Positions 9,718 through 20,071 of a stretch of 64,000 nt of DNA are shown piece by piece. The notes under the pieces are model-generated. The model ran no database searches. It was not told the origin of the DNA and saw only the letters and a list, made by a program, of their open reading frames with translations. The translations under genes and the position numbers were made by a program. This DNA is from Bacteroidales bacterium (GTDB lineage: Bacteria > Bacteroidota > Bacteroidia > Bacteroidales > UBA932), in the NCBI GenBank assembly GCA_017962925.1, contig JAGCUK010000023.1, positions 9,005 to 73,004 of the forward strand, read 5' to 3'. The first letter of the stretch is position 1. Each line of letters begins with the position of its first letter.

Positions 9718-12700
9718 TATTCTCCGAATACTATTTTAGTTGCAACTTCTCTGAGTTTGGCTGCCTCCGCAGCAGGCACGTCGCAATCGGCAGGATGGCT
9801 GCCGAAGCGCTCTCCGAAGAGTATCAGGTAGTTCACGCAGGCCTTGAGGTAGGAGCCGTAGCGGTTGGGATGGTAGTTATCTGTGTAGAGCAGCCAGTTA
9901 TAGGCGCTGTTGAAGCCGTACTGGCTGCGTGCAAGCGCGAAAGCCTTGCCGATGGGGGAAACGATATCCACGTTCGGGTCTGCCGTCGCAATTGCGTTGG
10001 AACCCTGCCACTGCGCCGCATCGAAGGCATCGAAACTGCCGAATCCGAGGTAATTGCCCGTGCTCTTGTAGGAGTAGGACCAAACGCTTTCGAGTATCAC
10101 CTTGGAATTCGGGGACTTCTCCTTGATGGCTGCGGAGAGGCGCTTGGTGTATCCCAGGATCTGTTCGGGGGTATACTCCGGGTCCACATCCTTCAGCGCA
10201 TCCTTACCTACTGTATATTCCGCGTGGTAGTAGGAACCGTCCTGGATGATGGCCTTGTCGTATCCTCCCTCGGCCACAACCCTCTGGGAGAACGGCAGCA
10301 TGTCCAGATGCTCCGCGAACTCCTGAGAACCCTTGATGTTGATGCGAACGTCGGTGGCATGCCCCTCGGCGCGGCAGATTTGCTTCAGTTTGAAGGCGGA
10401 GCCGTGGTAGTAGGTGAAGCTGTTGCCCAGCTGGAGTAGCTTGACAGGGGTGCTTTCCTTGGCGGGGATGCCAGGGTAGGCCACTATTTCGCAGGAGCGG
10501 TAGGTGGTGCAAGGGAAGTTCATGAAAGCGTTCGAAGTCGGCACCAGGGTCCCTCCGCTGCAGTTTATCTTGCCCACCGCCCTCAGGCGCATCTTCACGA
10601 AATCGTTGCTGACCGCCTTGCTGAGGCGGAAGGTGGTGATATAGGTCCGGTGGTTCTTGCTGTCGTAGTCGTACACGTCTAAGGAATACTTCACGTTCGA
10701 GTCCTCGCTGGCCGTATAGCGCGGCTGCGATACCCATTTTCCATCGTCCCAATACTCGAAGAGCCAGTATTTAGGGGTCTTGTTATTATTGGTGTTGATG
10801 GTTACCATGAAGTCGATGTCGGTGCCTGCGGGCATGCTGACTGTAGGCACGCTGAACTGGATGTAGTCGCCCTCGTCCATGTTGCCTATGCTGATGTTCT
10901 GGGTGCCCGAAGGTGCCACGGAATAAACCAGCTTGTTGCCGGTGGTGCTGCCTGCGGAGATGTAGCCGACGCCGGGGGATGTGGAGGCGATGTCATCCAC
11001 CTTGGTGGTCTCGGCTATGCCCTCCCTGAGCCAGCGCTGGCCGGCCGCATTTCCCTCGGTATAGGTCGCGCCCTTAGCTATCTCCCAACGTGCCGGGAAG
11101 CCTTCCACATTGGCAGGGATGGTGCCCTGGCTGATGGCCACGGTCCTGGTTTCGCCGTCTGCCTCCTTGACGGTCAGAGTGCCGCTGCGCTGCTCGTCGA
11201 TATTGCCCGTGCGGGGGATGATGGGGATGGCTGCCGCCCTGCCTGCCGCCACGCTGGAGGGGATGCTCTCTGTTTTCAGCCAATCCAAGCCTTCGGCGGA
11301 GATGGTGACAACCTTTTCTCCGGCAGATACATTCAGGATGGTTTGCGAGAAGCCTGTGCCAGGGAAAGTAATGGTGCTTTCGCTGACTGCGAAGGTGCCG
11401 CCCTGGCCGCCCGGGGTGTCTCCCTGATTTTGGGGAGGATTGCCTCCGCCCACTATATTGCTTTCGTCAGCTAGATTAGCGTTGATAAACCCTCCGTATT
11501 CGCAGGAAAGTATGGTGCCGTCGTTGTAGCCTGCGATAGAGCCGACATACAACTTGCCCTCACTACTCGACACGGCGGAAATCCTCCCCGTTCCTGTGCC
11601 GCTGGTCATTATAGAGTTTTTGAGCCGGCCGACAATACCACCTGCGTACAATTCAGCTGGCACGTTAGAGGTGGAGGAGACACGGGCTATAATTGTCCCA
11701 ATGAATGTATTATCACCAAAACTATCTATGGTGCCATAGTCATAACCCAGGATGCCACCTGCGTGAAGGGTTGCCGGGTAAGTACTGTTAGTGAATCCGT
11801 TACTAGCCTCTACTCCTCCGAAGTTCAGATTCCCTAGTAGTTTGGACATCGCCCCGGCCATGCCTACGATTCCACCGGCATTCACTCCATAGAAGGTGGT
11901 GGAGGCGGAAGGGGTTTTGTTGTGCCCGGAAGAGGCAACAGTCATAACTACAGTGCCTTCATTATTGCTAAAAGTAACCTCATTGTTGCCGCCACCGGTC
12001 ATCGCAGCACCCAGAATACCCCCGGCATTCTGAAAACGTGTGGAAGCTTGCTTCTCATGGTTGATCTCGACCTTCCCTTTATTATGGCATTGATTGATGA
12101 TGACACCTTCGGCATTCCCGGCAATGCCGCCAACATAGTGTTGATGAACAGCTTCGCTATAAACGTCTCCCTCGTTTATACATTTGGATATTTCCGGAAT
12201 CACGGCATCAGCCTTACAGGCGACTTTCCCGATAATACCGCCGATAGCGAAAATGTCATTTTGTGTAGCAGTATACTCCTGGCGTATTTCCGCACCATTA
12301 TAGCAGTTATATATCTTAAGACTGCTGGTCGTGCTATAGATAAGTCCGACTATTCCTCCCAGCCCGTATTCGCTATGATTCTTGCTGTAAACCTTGCCGT
12401 AATTCTTACAATCCTCGACAGTTACTACCGCTTCAGCGGTATTACATCCTCCGAGGATACCTCCGGCACAGACATACTTGTACGAAGAACCATCGGTAAT
12501 CGCATGGTCTTCTATGGTGATTGAGCCATAGTTGCAGCAGTTTGAGATATTAACCTTCCCGGTAATCCATCCCGCTATGCCACCGACGCGGCTGCTGCGG
12601 TTGGAGTTGGCCGTTACGGTTATAGGAATGAAATTGATGACATCGGTAACATTTGCCGCCGGCAGGGTAACTATTCCGGTATAACTCCAGTAGGCACTTG

Positions 12701-13829
12701 TGTTGGTAGTATTATAACCATTCCTGATCACGGATGTCCCATCATAGGTCTCGCCGTCTTCGGAACCGAAAATGACGTTCTTGATCTCCTTCGCATAATT
12801 CTTGGCGAAGAAGCCCACGTTGGCAAGGGCATCGGACTGGATATTGACATGGCTGATGCAGTGGCCTGCGCCATCGAAGGTCCCCGGATAAGTGTCGCTC
12901 AGCGGAGTCCAGGGCTCATCATGCATGTTGATATCATCCGTGAGAGTGACGACATCGCCGTCCTTATCCCAATGATCCTTGTCTGCCAGCCATGCTTTGA
13001 GATCTGCGTAATCATTGATGAAATACCCCCTCTCCATCTTGGAAGCATCTACATCCCCCCACGGGTAAATCATCTTGCGCCCCACCGAAACACTTTCATC
13101 TGTCTTGAACGCCTTCTTGAAATCCGTCTTGCGGGTGATGGATACACGGATATCCCCGATAATGTTTGGAATAACGCCGATATAGTATTTGCCAGGGGCG
13201 AAGGTTTCTCCCGCGGGAAGCAGCGTAACCTGACTTACCGGATCTTCTATCTTGGACACTTCTGCAAAAATAGCATTTACCTTGACCTTACCCGCCAGAG
13301 CCGTTCCGTTCAGGCTCTGCACGAGGATGCTGGTGATGTCGGAGTCCTTGATATTAAAGGAGATAAAGCCGCAGACGCTCTTGAAAACGAGATTCTTATC
13401 ATCGGACCTGGCCACTCCGGTCCAGGCTCCCGGGGCGATGATTCCGTTCGTCAATTTCTGCACGGAGGGAATTTCCAGCGTCAGATTTGCCACATCTGCT
13501 TTCAGGCTGTCGCTATAAGGATATACGGCCATATAGGGCCCCATCGAGTCTCCCTCTCCCGAAAACTCCGCCTCTTCCGGGTTTTTCTTCGAAGACAAGG
13601 TAAGTTTGCGAAGGACTTTCTCTGCGCCGAAAACGCCGATCTGATCCCCTTCGGCAAAGGCGGGCACGGCTTCTTCAATAAGCTCGGTCAGCGATGCAGA
13701 CAGGGTGACAGGGCCTACCACGTTCCCTACCGGAGGATCCACTCCGGGTTCTTCAGTATTGTTCTCAGGTTCCTTGGCGCAGGACCATAAAATGGCCACC
13801 AATGCGCAGATAGTCCAAATTCTTCTCAT
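9717..13829 (-). CDS. Large multidomain lipoprotein: fimbrillin-like N-terminus, GGIxG repeats, BACON-like domain, C-terminal SGNH (DUF4886-like) domain
   Basis: Start ATG 13829 with lipobox LWSC; repeated GGIAG/GGILG; GNSFTYY and DNYHP near the C-terminus. Confidence 0.72.
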   Translation of the reverse strand: MRRIWTICALVAILWSCAKEPENNTEEPGVDPPVGNVVGPVTLSASLTELIEEAVPAFAEGDQIGVFGAEKVLRKLTLSSKKNPEEAEFSGEGDSMGPYMAVYPYSDSLKADVANLTLEIPSVQKLTNGIIAPGAWTGVARSDDKNLVFKSVCGFISFNIKDSDITSILVQSLNGTALAGKVKVNAIFAEVSKIEDPVSQVTLLPAGETFAPGKYYIGVIPNIIGDIRVSITRKTDFKKAFKTDESVSVGRKMIYPWGDVDASKMERGYFINDYADLKAWLADKDHWDKDGDVVTLTDDINMHDEPWTPLSDTYPGTFDGAGHCISHVNIQSDALANVGFFAKNYAKEIKNVIFGSEDGETYDGTSVIRNGYNTTNTSAYWSYTGIVTLPAANVTDVINFIPITVTANSNRSSRVGGIAGWITGKVNISNCCNYGSITIEDHAITDGSSYKYVCAGGILGGCNTAEAVVTVEDCKNYGKVYSKNHSEYGLGGIVGLIYSTTSSLKIYNCYNGAEIRQEYTATQNDIFAIGGIIGKVACKADAVIPEISKCINEGDVYSEAVHQHYVGGIAGNAEGVIINQCHNKGKVEINHEKQASTRFQNAGGILGAAMTGGGNNEVTFSNNEGTVVMTVASSGHNKTPSASTTFYGVNAGGIVGMAGAMSKLLGNLNFGGVEASNGFTNSTYPATLHAGGILGYDYGTIDSFGDNTFIGTIIARVSSTSNVPAELYAGGIVGRLKNSIMTSGTGTGRISAVSSSEGKLYVGSIAGYNDGTILSCEYGGFINANLADESNIVGGGNPPQNQGDTPGGQGGTFAVSESTITFPGTGFSQTILNVSAGEKVVTISAEGLDWLKTESIPSSVAAGRAAAIPIIPRTGNIDEQRSGTLTVKEADGETRTVAISQGTIPANVEGFPARWEIAKGATYTEGNAAGQRWLREGIAETTKVDDIASTSPGVGYISAGSTTGNKLVYSVAPSGTQNISIGNMDEGDYIQFSVPTVSMPAGTDIDFMVTINTNNNKTPKYWLFEYWDDGKWVSQPRYTASEDSNVKYSLDVYDYDSKNHRTYITTFRLSKAVSNDFVKMRLRAVGKINCSGGTLVPTSNAFMNFPCTTYRSCEIVAYPGIPAKESTPVKLLQLGNSFTYYHGSAFKLKQICRAEGHATDVRINIKGSQEFAEHLDMLPFSQRVVAEGGYDKAIIQDGSYYHAEYTVGKDALKDVDPEYTPEQILGYTKRLSAAIKEKSPNSKVILESVWSYSYKSTGNYLGFGSFDAFDAAQWQGSNAIATADPNVDIVSPIGKAFALARSQYGFNSAYNWLLYTDNYHPNRYGSYLKACVNYLILFGERFGSHPADCDVPAAEAAKLREVATKIVFGE

Positions 13830-13878
13830 ACTTCCACAAAAATAGAAAATATTCCGAATACTAATGCTATCTTTGGAT

Positions 13879-15219
13879 ATGGCAAAAAGACTTCTCTCTC
13901 TTCTGGCAATCATCGCCTTATGCACAGGCTGTCAAACCAAATACTCGGGAGCGCTTCCGAGCCCCGCGCAGGTAGAATGGCAGCAAATGGAATACAATAT
14001 GTTCGTGCACTTCGGCCCCAACACGTTCAGCGGTCTGGAATGGGGCCACGGCACCGAGGCGGAAGATCTTTTCGCCCCCACGGCTCTTGACTGCCGCCAA
14101 TGGGCTGCGACTGCCAAGGCAGCCGGAATGAAAGGCATCATCATCACTGCCAAGCATCACGACGGATTCTGCCTCTGGCCCAATCCGGAGAGCACGCACA
14201 CAGTTGCCCAGAGCAGCTGGCGCGATGGCAATGGGGATGTGTTGGCGGAACTTTCCGCTGCATGCCGGGAGTACGGGTTGAAGTTCGGAGTCTACATCTC
14301 CCCCTGGGACAGGAACGACCCCACTTACGGCACGCCGGAATACAATGGCAAGTTCGCCCGCACTCTGGCGGACGTGCATGGCGGCCGCTACGGAGAGATC
14401 TTTGAGCAATGGTTCGACGGTGCCTGCGGTGAGGGCCCCCATGGCAAGAAGCAGGTGTACGACTGGCCGTTGTTCCACGCCACCGTCCGGGAACTCAGCC
14501 CCAACGCTATCATGTTCAGCGATGTAGGCCCTGGCTGCAGATGGGTAGGGAACGAGCGCGGGATTGCCTGCGAGACCAACTGGAGCACTCTGAACACCGA
14601 AGGCTTCACCCCTGGTGCCGGCGCGCCACCTCGGGACACCTTGCAACAGGGGAACGTCTGGGGCGCGCAATGGGTGCCCGCCGAAACCGACGTCTCCATC
14701 CGCCCCGGCTGGTTCTGGCGCGAGTCCGAGAATGACCGGGTGAAGTCGGTGGAGGATCTGATGAATATCTGGATATCGAGCGTCGGGCGCAATTCCCTCC
14801 TGCTGCTGAACGTGCCGCCGGACACCCGCGGGCGCATCCACGAAATCGATTCCCTACGGCTGATGGAATTCCGCGAGGCCAGGGAGGCTGCTTTCGGGAC
14901 GGATCTTGCCGAAGGGGCGAAAGTTCGCAAACTCCGCGGCGGGAAAGTCTGGGAGATCACCCTTCCTGAATACCGCACTATCAATATGGTTCAGCTCCAG
15001 GAGGATATCACTCTCGGGCAGAGGGTCAGCAGCTTCGAAGTTCAGATTCAAAACTTTGACGTTGCCCTGGAGAACCATGGCTGGTGGACCATCGCAGAGG
15101 GCACTACCATCGGCTACAAGCGCATCATCCCCATCGAGCCTCTCAAGGCCCGGAAGCTGCGGGTGGTGGTCACCGGCTCCCACGCCCGCCCTGTGCTGAA
15201 GGGGATATCGTTATTCTAA
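13879..15219 (+). CDS. Alpha-L-fucosidase (GH29)
   Basis: MFVHFG, TAKHHDGFCLW, YISPWD, WFDGA, SIRPGWF, SVGRN; TATCTTTG at 13868-13875 supports start 13879. Confidence 0.92.
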   Translation: MAKRLLSLLAIIALCTGCQTKYSGALPSPAQVEWQQMEYNMFVHFGPNTFSGLEWGHGTEAEDLFAPTALDCRQWAATAKAAGMKGIIITAKHHDGFCLWPNPESTHTVAQSSWRDGNGDVLAELSAACREYGLKFGVYISPWDRNDPTYGTPEYNGKFARTLADVHGGRYGEIFEQWFDGACGEGPHGKKQVYDWPLFHATVRELSPNAIMFSDVGPGCRWVGNERGIACETNWSTLNTEGFTPGAGAPPRDTLQQGNVWGAQWVPAETDVSIRPGWFWRESENDRVKSVEDLMNIWISSVGRNSLLLLNVPPDTRGRIHEIDSLRLMEFREAREAAFGTDLAEGAKVRKLRGGKVWEITLPEYRTINMVQLQEDITLGQRVSSFEVQIQNFDVALENHGWWTIAEGTTIGYKRIIPIEPLKARKLRVVVTGSHARPVLKGISLF

Positions 15220-15252
15220 AAACAATTGCTATCTTGCGGAAAGCCACTGATT

Positions 15253-15843
15253 ATGAGCAAAAAACAAACATACGGCGAACGCATAATCGCTCTCGTGGAC
15301 CAGATGAAGGTCAATGGGGAAGATATGCGCATCTGGGCTAATATCCCGCTGGCGAAAGAGGCCCTGAAGCTGATCCGCACCATCCCCGAGGAGGAGCAGG
15401 AAACAGACTTGGGCAAGGCCTACGCCCTCAATGCTGTTATGGAGAAACTTTCCGAGTACGATACTCCCCGCCTGGCGCTGGAAATCCTCCGTCAGGAGCT
15501 GGAGTACCTCCGTGCATCGGAAGAGAAATCCGACTGGCTGACAGAAGAGGATATCCTTGCCGACATCGCCCGCCTGGAGGACTATATCGACCTTTCCATC
15601 TCCAATAGTGAGTTCGCCAAGAAACATTTCCGCCACCTGGAATTCGACCCCGTAGAGCGCACCCCCGAGTGGGAGGAAAATATCTACGAAGCCGAGCTGG
15701 AAGCAGACAAGAAGTTGGGTCGGACCCCCCGCGGGATGGGCTTCTGCTTCGCCCACTGGCCGGAGCTTAAGAGGGCTCTTGCCAAGCGGGGGATCAAATG
15801 GCAGACTCCTCACGAACTCAACCCCCGCGTAATGTTCGACTAG
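15253..15843 (+). CDS. Hypothetical protein
   Basis: Clean ORF in an operon-like run; C-terminus GMGFCFAHW...NPRVMFD looks conserved; function unknown. Confidence 0.75.
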   Translation: MSKKQTYGERIIALVDQMKVNGEDMRIWANIPLAKEALKLIRTIPEEEQETDLGKAYALNAVMEKLSEYDTPRLALEILRQELEYLRASEEKSDWLTEEDILADIARLEDYIDLSISNSEFAKKHFRHLEFDPVERTPEWEENIYEAELEADKKLGRTPRGMGFCFAHWPELKRALAKRGIKWQTPHELNPRVMFD

Positions 15844-15849
15844 GACCTT

Positions 15850-16536
15850 ATGAAACTAGTAAGCCCTGAATCGATGCTGGCGGCCATCCGGGAAATTGGC
15901 CTGCTGCCCTTCTTCCAAGGGCCTGTGAGAGGCTTCTCCATTCAGGAGATGACCCCTCCGGAGCACTGGTTCGATACTTCCGACGACCTGGGCCCGTGGG
16001 ACTGGAAGGTGGATGTGGTGCAGAGCGGCGACATCGCCTATGGCAAGTTCATCCGCGGAGGAAAAGCGGCGTTCGCGACGGTGGAGTGCTATGCGCACCT
16101 CATGAACTGGCGGCGGAGTCTTCCCGCGAGCGAACCGGATGAAGCAGGACGCAAAGTGCTCGCGCTGATGAATCAGCAGGGGACCATCGCCAGCAAAGAA
16201 ATCCGCGCGCTGCTGGGGGTAAAAAAGAATGTGGCGGATGCCGTGGTGACCCGCTTGTCGTGGCAGACGCGCCTGCTGGTTGGGGATATTCAGAGGGTGT
16301 ACCGGGGCCCGACTTTGAAGTATTCTGGATGGCAGACCTGCACTTTCTGTGCGCCGGAGGCCCTTTTCGGGGCGGAGGATGGCACCCCGGTATTTGGAGG
16401 GTTTAGCCCGTTCAGCGCGGAGAATCCTCTGGAAGTCGGATGCGGCCCCGAGGAGTCCAGAGCCTTCCTGCTTGCGAAGCTGAGAGCGGCCGCCCCATCC
16501 GCCACCGAACGTGAACTAAGTAAAATCTTGGAGTGA
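15850..16536 (+). CDS. Hypothetical protein, possibly AlkZ-related / winged-helix
   Basis: GLLPFF, GPWDWK, IAYGKF pattern recalled from AlkZ-related proteins, followed by an HTH-like segment. Confidence 0.55.
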   Translation: MKLVSPESMLAAIREIGLLPFFQGPVRGFSIQEMTPPEHWFDTSDDLGPWDWKVDVVQSGDIAYGKFIRGGKAAFATVECYAHLMNWRRSLPASEPDEAGRKVLALMNQQGTIASKEIRALLGVKKNVADAVVTRLSWQTRLLVGDIQRVYRGPTLKYSGWQTCTFCAPEALFGAEDGTPVFGGFSPFSAENPLEVGCGPEESRAFLLAKLRAAAPSATERELSKILE

Positions 16537-17216
16537 TGATAAAACTGGAATTCAGGAAAGCCGGCGATTTCGCCGCTGCGGAAAAGGCTCTTTTCGGAAA
16601 GAGTAAATGGTGGGGTTTCCCGGATATGCCGGAGGATCTCGACTGGCCCGAAACGCCGGTGCAGGAGGAATATGAGGACGAAGATGGCAAGTTGCAGCTG
16701 GACGAATACGACGATCCGCTGACCTTCCTCTGCCAGATCCGCTGCGAGGATATCGCGGAGTTCGACCCGGAGGGCCGCCTTCCGCACGAGGGAATGCTCT
16801 ATTTCTTCGCCGCGCTGGATTATTTCCTGGGGGATCTGGACGCAGCGCTTTCTCCGGGGATGGGCGCCTGGGATCCGGGCTTCTTCCGGGTGCTGTATGC
16901 CCCTTCCTGCGAGGATCTGCACACTCACTCCCTATTGTATGATGATGGTTCTCCCGCCGCCTTACCCGCCGAAGAAATAATTTTCAGCCGGGAGGAAAGC
17001 GATGCGGCCGGCGACGGATTCCGCCTGCTCGGGCGTCCGTTCTACGATGAGACTGCGGAAGAGAACCCGGGGAGGCTTTCGCTTCTGCAGGTGGATGAAA
17101 ACGACGACTGGGATCTCCGCTTTTTCGATAGCGGAATGCTGAATTTCCTTATTTCTCCGAAGAACCTGGCTGCCAGAAAGTTCAGCGCGGTGCGCTGCTG
17201 GCTGCACTCTGCCTAG
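16536..17216 (+). CDS. DUF1963/YwqG-family protein
   Basis: SK..G.PD.P...WP, LTFLCQI, GMLYFF, LLQVD, F.DSGMLNFLI; very acidic. Confidence 0.8.
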   Translation: MIKLEFRKAGDFAAAEKALFGKSKWWGFPDMPEDLDWPETPVQEEYEDEDGKLQLDEYDDPLTFLCQIRCEDIAEFDPEGRLPHEGMLYFFAALDYFLGDLDAALSPGMGAWDPGFFRVLYAPSCEDLHTHSLLYDDGSPAALPAEEIIFSREESDAAGDGFRLLGRPFYDETAEENPGRLSLLQVDENDDWDLRFFDSGMLNFLISPKNLAARKFSAVRCWLHSA

Positions 17217-17698
17217 AATATAAAGCTGAAAATGTAGTACATCATCACGCCGGCCGCAACAAGTTTGAGACCGGTGCTGAAGATGAAGCCCAGGAATGCG
17301 CCGAGGGCGGCTTTGACGGAGTTCGCGGCGTCCTGCTTGGCGAAGAAGAATTCCCCTATGAATGCACCCAGGAGGGCTCCCGCCAGCATGCCTATCGGCG
17401 TGAGGAAGATGCCTGCGAAGAGGCCGATGATGGCGCCCCATGAGGCTTCTTTGTGTCCTCCGGTGGTTTTGGCGAACCAGCCCGGGATGATGTAATCCAG
17501 GATGGTGACGATGGTGGTGATACCCAGCCAGATCAACAGGAACTGTGTGGACACGGGCTCACACTCGCCCTTCTGCCCAGCAAAGAAAACCAGCAGCAGC
17601 CCCACCCAGCTCAGCGGCGGCCCCGGCAGCCCAGGAACTATACTACCGATAATCCCCAGCACCCCGCAGATAATTGCAAAAATTTCCAAAGACGTCAT
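17213..17698 (-). CDS. DUF456-family membrane protein
   Basis: GSIVPGLPGPPL, GAFIGE; hydrophobic throughout. Confidence 0.85.
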   Translation of the reverse strand: MTSLEIFAIICGVLGIIGSIVPGLPGPPLSWVGLLLVFFAGQKGECEPVSTQFLLIWLGITTIVTILDYIIPGWFAKTTGGHKEASWGAIIGLFAGIFLTPIGMLAGALLGAFIGEFFFAKQDAANSVKAALGAFLGFIFSTGLKLVAAGVMMYYIFSFIF

Positions 17699-17754
17699 AG
17701 TTCTGCAAATATAGTATTTTTCTTAATGCGACCTCTCCGGTCTCCAGGCCTCTG

Positions 17755-17785
17755 CAGACACGAAACAAGCGCTTCTGGGTGTCTG
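17755..17785. repeat. REP-like imperfect palindrome
   Basis: CAGACAC-N17-GTGTCTG in an intergenic gap. Confidence 0.4.
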
Positions 17786-17857
17786 AAACATAAATAATTA
17801 TATATGTTTGCCGATATTATTTTGAATTAACGTTTGTTTATGCCACCTTTATCGGCC

Positions 17858-18637
17858 ATGAAAATATGGAGAGATATTGCCGATTTGATTATGCCGCGGG
17901 TATGCCTGGTGTGCGGGAAAGTTCTCGAGGCCGAGGAGGAGCATCTTTGTGCGGCATGTTGGAAGGATCTGCCGCGTACCAGGTATTGGAAGTTGAGGGA
18001 GAATCCTATGGCCGAGGGATTCAATGCGTTGATACAGAGGAATATGGGTGAGAATGTGCAGTATCAGCCCTATGGCTATGCGGCGGCCCTGTACTTCTAT
18101 AAAGGAGGATACCGGGAGATCAGCAAGGCCCTTAAATACAAGCGGAATTTCGCAGTGGGCAGGTGTTTCGGCAAACTGCTGGGCCAGACCCTCAAAGAGT
18201 CGGACCTTTTCCGGGATGTAGACCTGGTAGTGCCCATCCCCCTGCACTGGACTCGCCGTTGGAGGAGAGGTTATAATCAAGCGGAGGTGATAGCTTGGGA
18301 GGTGGCCCGGGAGTTGGGGGCGAGGTGCGAACCGCGTCTTTTGCAGCGCGCCCGGCATACCCGGACCCAGACCCACCTGAACGCAGAAGGCCGGGCGCAG
18401 AATGTGGCCGGCGCATTCCGGGTGAACGCACGTGACTGGCGCAGGCTCATCAAGCAGAAACCGGCCTCTCCCCGCCATTACCTGCTAATAGATGACGTTT
18501 TCACTACCGGGGCGACGGCAGCCGCCTGCGAACGGGCAATCAGGGAGGCCCTGCGGACTGCAATCTCCGCCCGGAATTCCATTAATGCCAGCCGAATCAG
18601 GATTTCGGTCGCCACATTGGCTTGCGTAGAACACTAA
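17858..18637 (+). CDS. comF: ComF-family protein (Zn-ribbon plus phosphoribosyltransferase fold)
   Basis: CxxC...CxxC, VPIPLH, RGYNQA, LIDDVFTTGAT. Confidence 0.88.
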   Translation: MKIWRDIADLIMPRVCLVCGKVLEAEEEHLCAACWKDLPRTRYWKLRENPMAEGFNALIQRNMGENVQYQPYGYAAALYFYKGGYREISKALKYKRNFAVGRCFGKLLGQTLKESDLFRDVDLVVPIPLHWTRRWRRGYNQAEVIAWEVARELGARCEPRLLQRARHTRTQTHLNAEGRAQNVAGAFRVNARDWRRLIKQKPASPRHYLLIDDVFTTGATAAACERAIREALRTAISARNSINASRIRISVATLACVEH

Positions 18638-18685
18638 AGACCACCTTGCAAAGAAATGCGGAATAATTACTAACTTTGCATTACT

Positions 18686-20068
18686 ATGTTCAGTAAAGAA
18701 ACCTATACCTCGCGCCGCGAAGAACTCAAGCGGCTTCTGAAGGGCGAAGGCGGCATCGCAGTGTTTATCGGAAATGCGGAAGCGCCGGCCCAATACAAGG
18801 ATAATTGCTATAAGTTCCGTCAGGATAGCACCTGGCTTTATTATTTCGGGCTGGACGAGCCCAAGATGGCCGCGGTCATCGACCTGGACTCCGGCAAAGA
18901 AACCCTTTATGCCGACGATTTCAGTATCGACGATATCATCTGGACCGGGCCCCAGCCGTCCGTTGCCGAGCAGGCCGCTAAAGTGGGCATCGCCAACAGC
19001 GAACCCTACGCCAAACTCGACTGGGCGGTCAGCCAAGCTATAGTCCAGGGCCGCAAGATTCATAGCATCCCCCCGTCCCGCTGGTTCAATACCTTGCGCC
19101 TGCAGGGCCTGGGCATAGACAAACCCTCCGAAGCCCTGATACGCGCAATCATCAAGATGCGCCTGGTGAAGACCCCCGAAGAAATCGCAGAACTGGACGC
19201 CGCCGGAATCCTGGGCCAGAAGATGCATACGGTAGCCCGCAAAGGCATCCGCCTGGGTAGGGTGGAACAGGAAATTGTCGGGGAGATGGAAGGAGTTACG
19301 CTAGCCGAAGGGTGGGGAGTAAGCTTCGCCACAATCCTCACCCAGCACGGAGAAGTCTTCCACAACCACGGGCACGCCTTCCCCATCGAACCCGGCAAAC
19401 TGATGGTGATCGATGCCGGCGCGGAGAGCAACTCCCACTACGCATCCGACTTCACACGCACCTATCCCACTGGAGGCAAATACACCCCGAAGCAGAGGGA
19501 TATCTACAGCATCGTATATGACTGCCACGAGTTGGCATTCTCCCTGACCAAACCCGGCACAGCCTATCGCGACGTGCACCTCGCCGTCGCACGCATGATG
19601 CTCGACTGCCTCAGCCAGCTGGGCCTGGTGAAGGGCGACCTCGACGAGATGGTGGCTGCCGGCACCGCAGGCCTCTTCATGCCTCACGGCCTCGGCCACA
19701 ATATGGGCCTGGACGTGCACGATATGGAGGATCTAGGCGAGGATCTGGTAGGATACGACCCCGACCAGACCCGCTCCACGCAGCTCGGCCTCCGTTCCCT
19801 GCGCATGGCCCGCAAACTGGTGCCCGGAAACGTCATCACCGACGAACCAGGCATCTACTTCATCCCCGACCTGATCGAACTTTGGAAGAAGGAAGGCCGT
19901 CCGTTCGTGAACTACGCCGCCCTGGAAAAGGGATATTTCGACTTCGGCGGAATCCGCATCGAAGATGATGTGCTGGTAACGGCCGACGGCGCCCGCCGCC
20001 TTGGCGGAACCCGCCTCCCCGCATCTCCGGATGACGTGGAAGCAGCAATGGAAAATGATAAATTATAG
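18686..20068 (+). CDS. pepP: Xaa-Pro aminopeptidase (M24B)
   Basis: FRQDS, YASDFTRT, HGLGH..GLDVHD, EPGIYF, GGIRIEDD. Confidence 0.92.
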   Translation: MFSKETYTSRREELKRLLKGEGGIAVFIGNAEAPAQYKDNCYKFRQDSTWLYYFGLDEPKMAAVIDLDSGKETLYADDFSIDDIIWTGPQPSVAEQAAKVGIANSEPYAKLDWAVSQAIVQGRKIHSIPPSRWFNTLRLQGLGIDKPSEALIRAIIKMRLVKTPEEIAELDAAGILGQKMHTVARKGIRLGRVEQEIVGEMEGVTLAEGWGVSFATILTQHGEVFHNHGHAFPIEPGKLMVIDAGAESNSHYASDFTRTYPTGGKYTPKQRDIYSIVYDCHELAFSLTKPGTAYRDVHLAVARMMLDCLSQLGLVKGDLDEMVAAGTAGLFMPHGLGHNMGLDVHDMEDLGEDLVGYDPDQTRSTQLGLRSLRMARKLVPGNVITDEPGIYFIPDLIELWKKEGRPFVNYAALEKGYFDFGGIRIEDDVLVTADGARRLGGTRLPASPDDVEAAMENDKL

Positions 20069-20071
20069 AAT

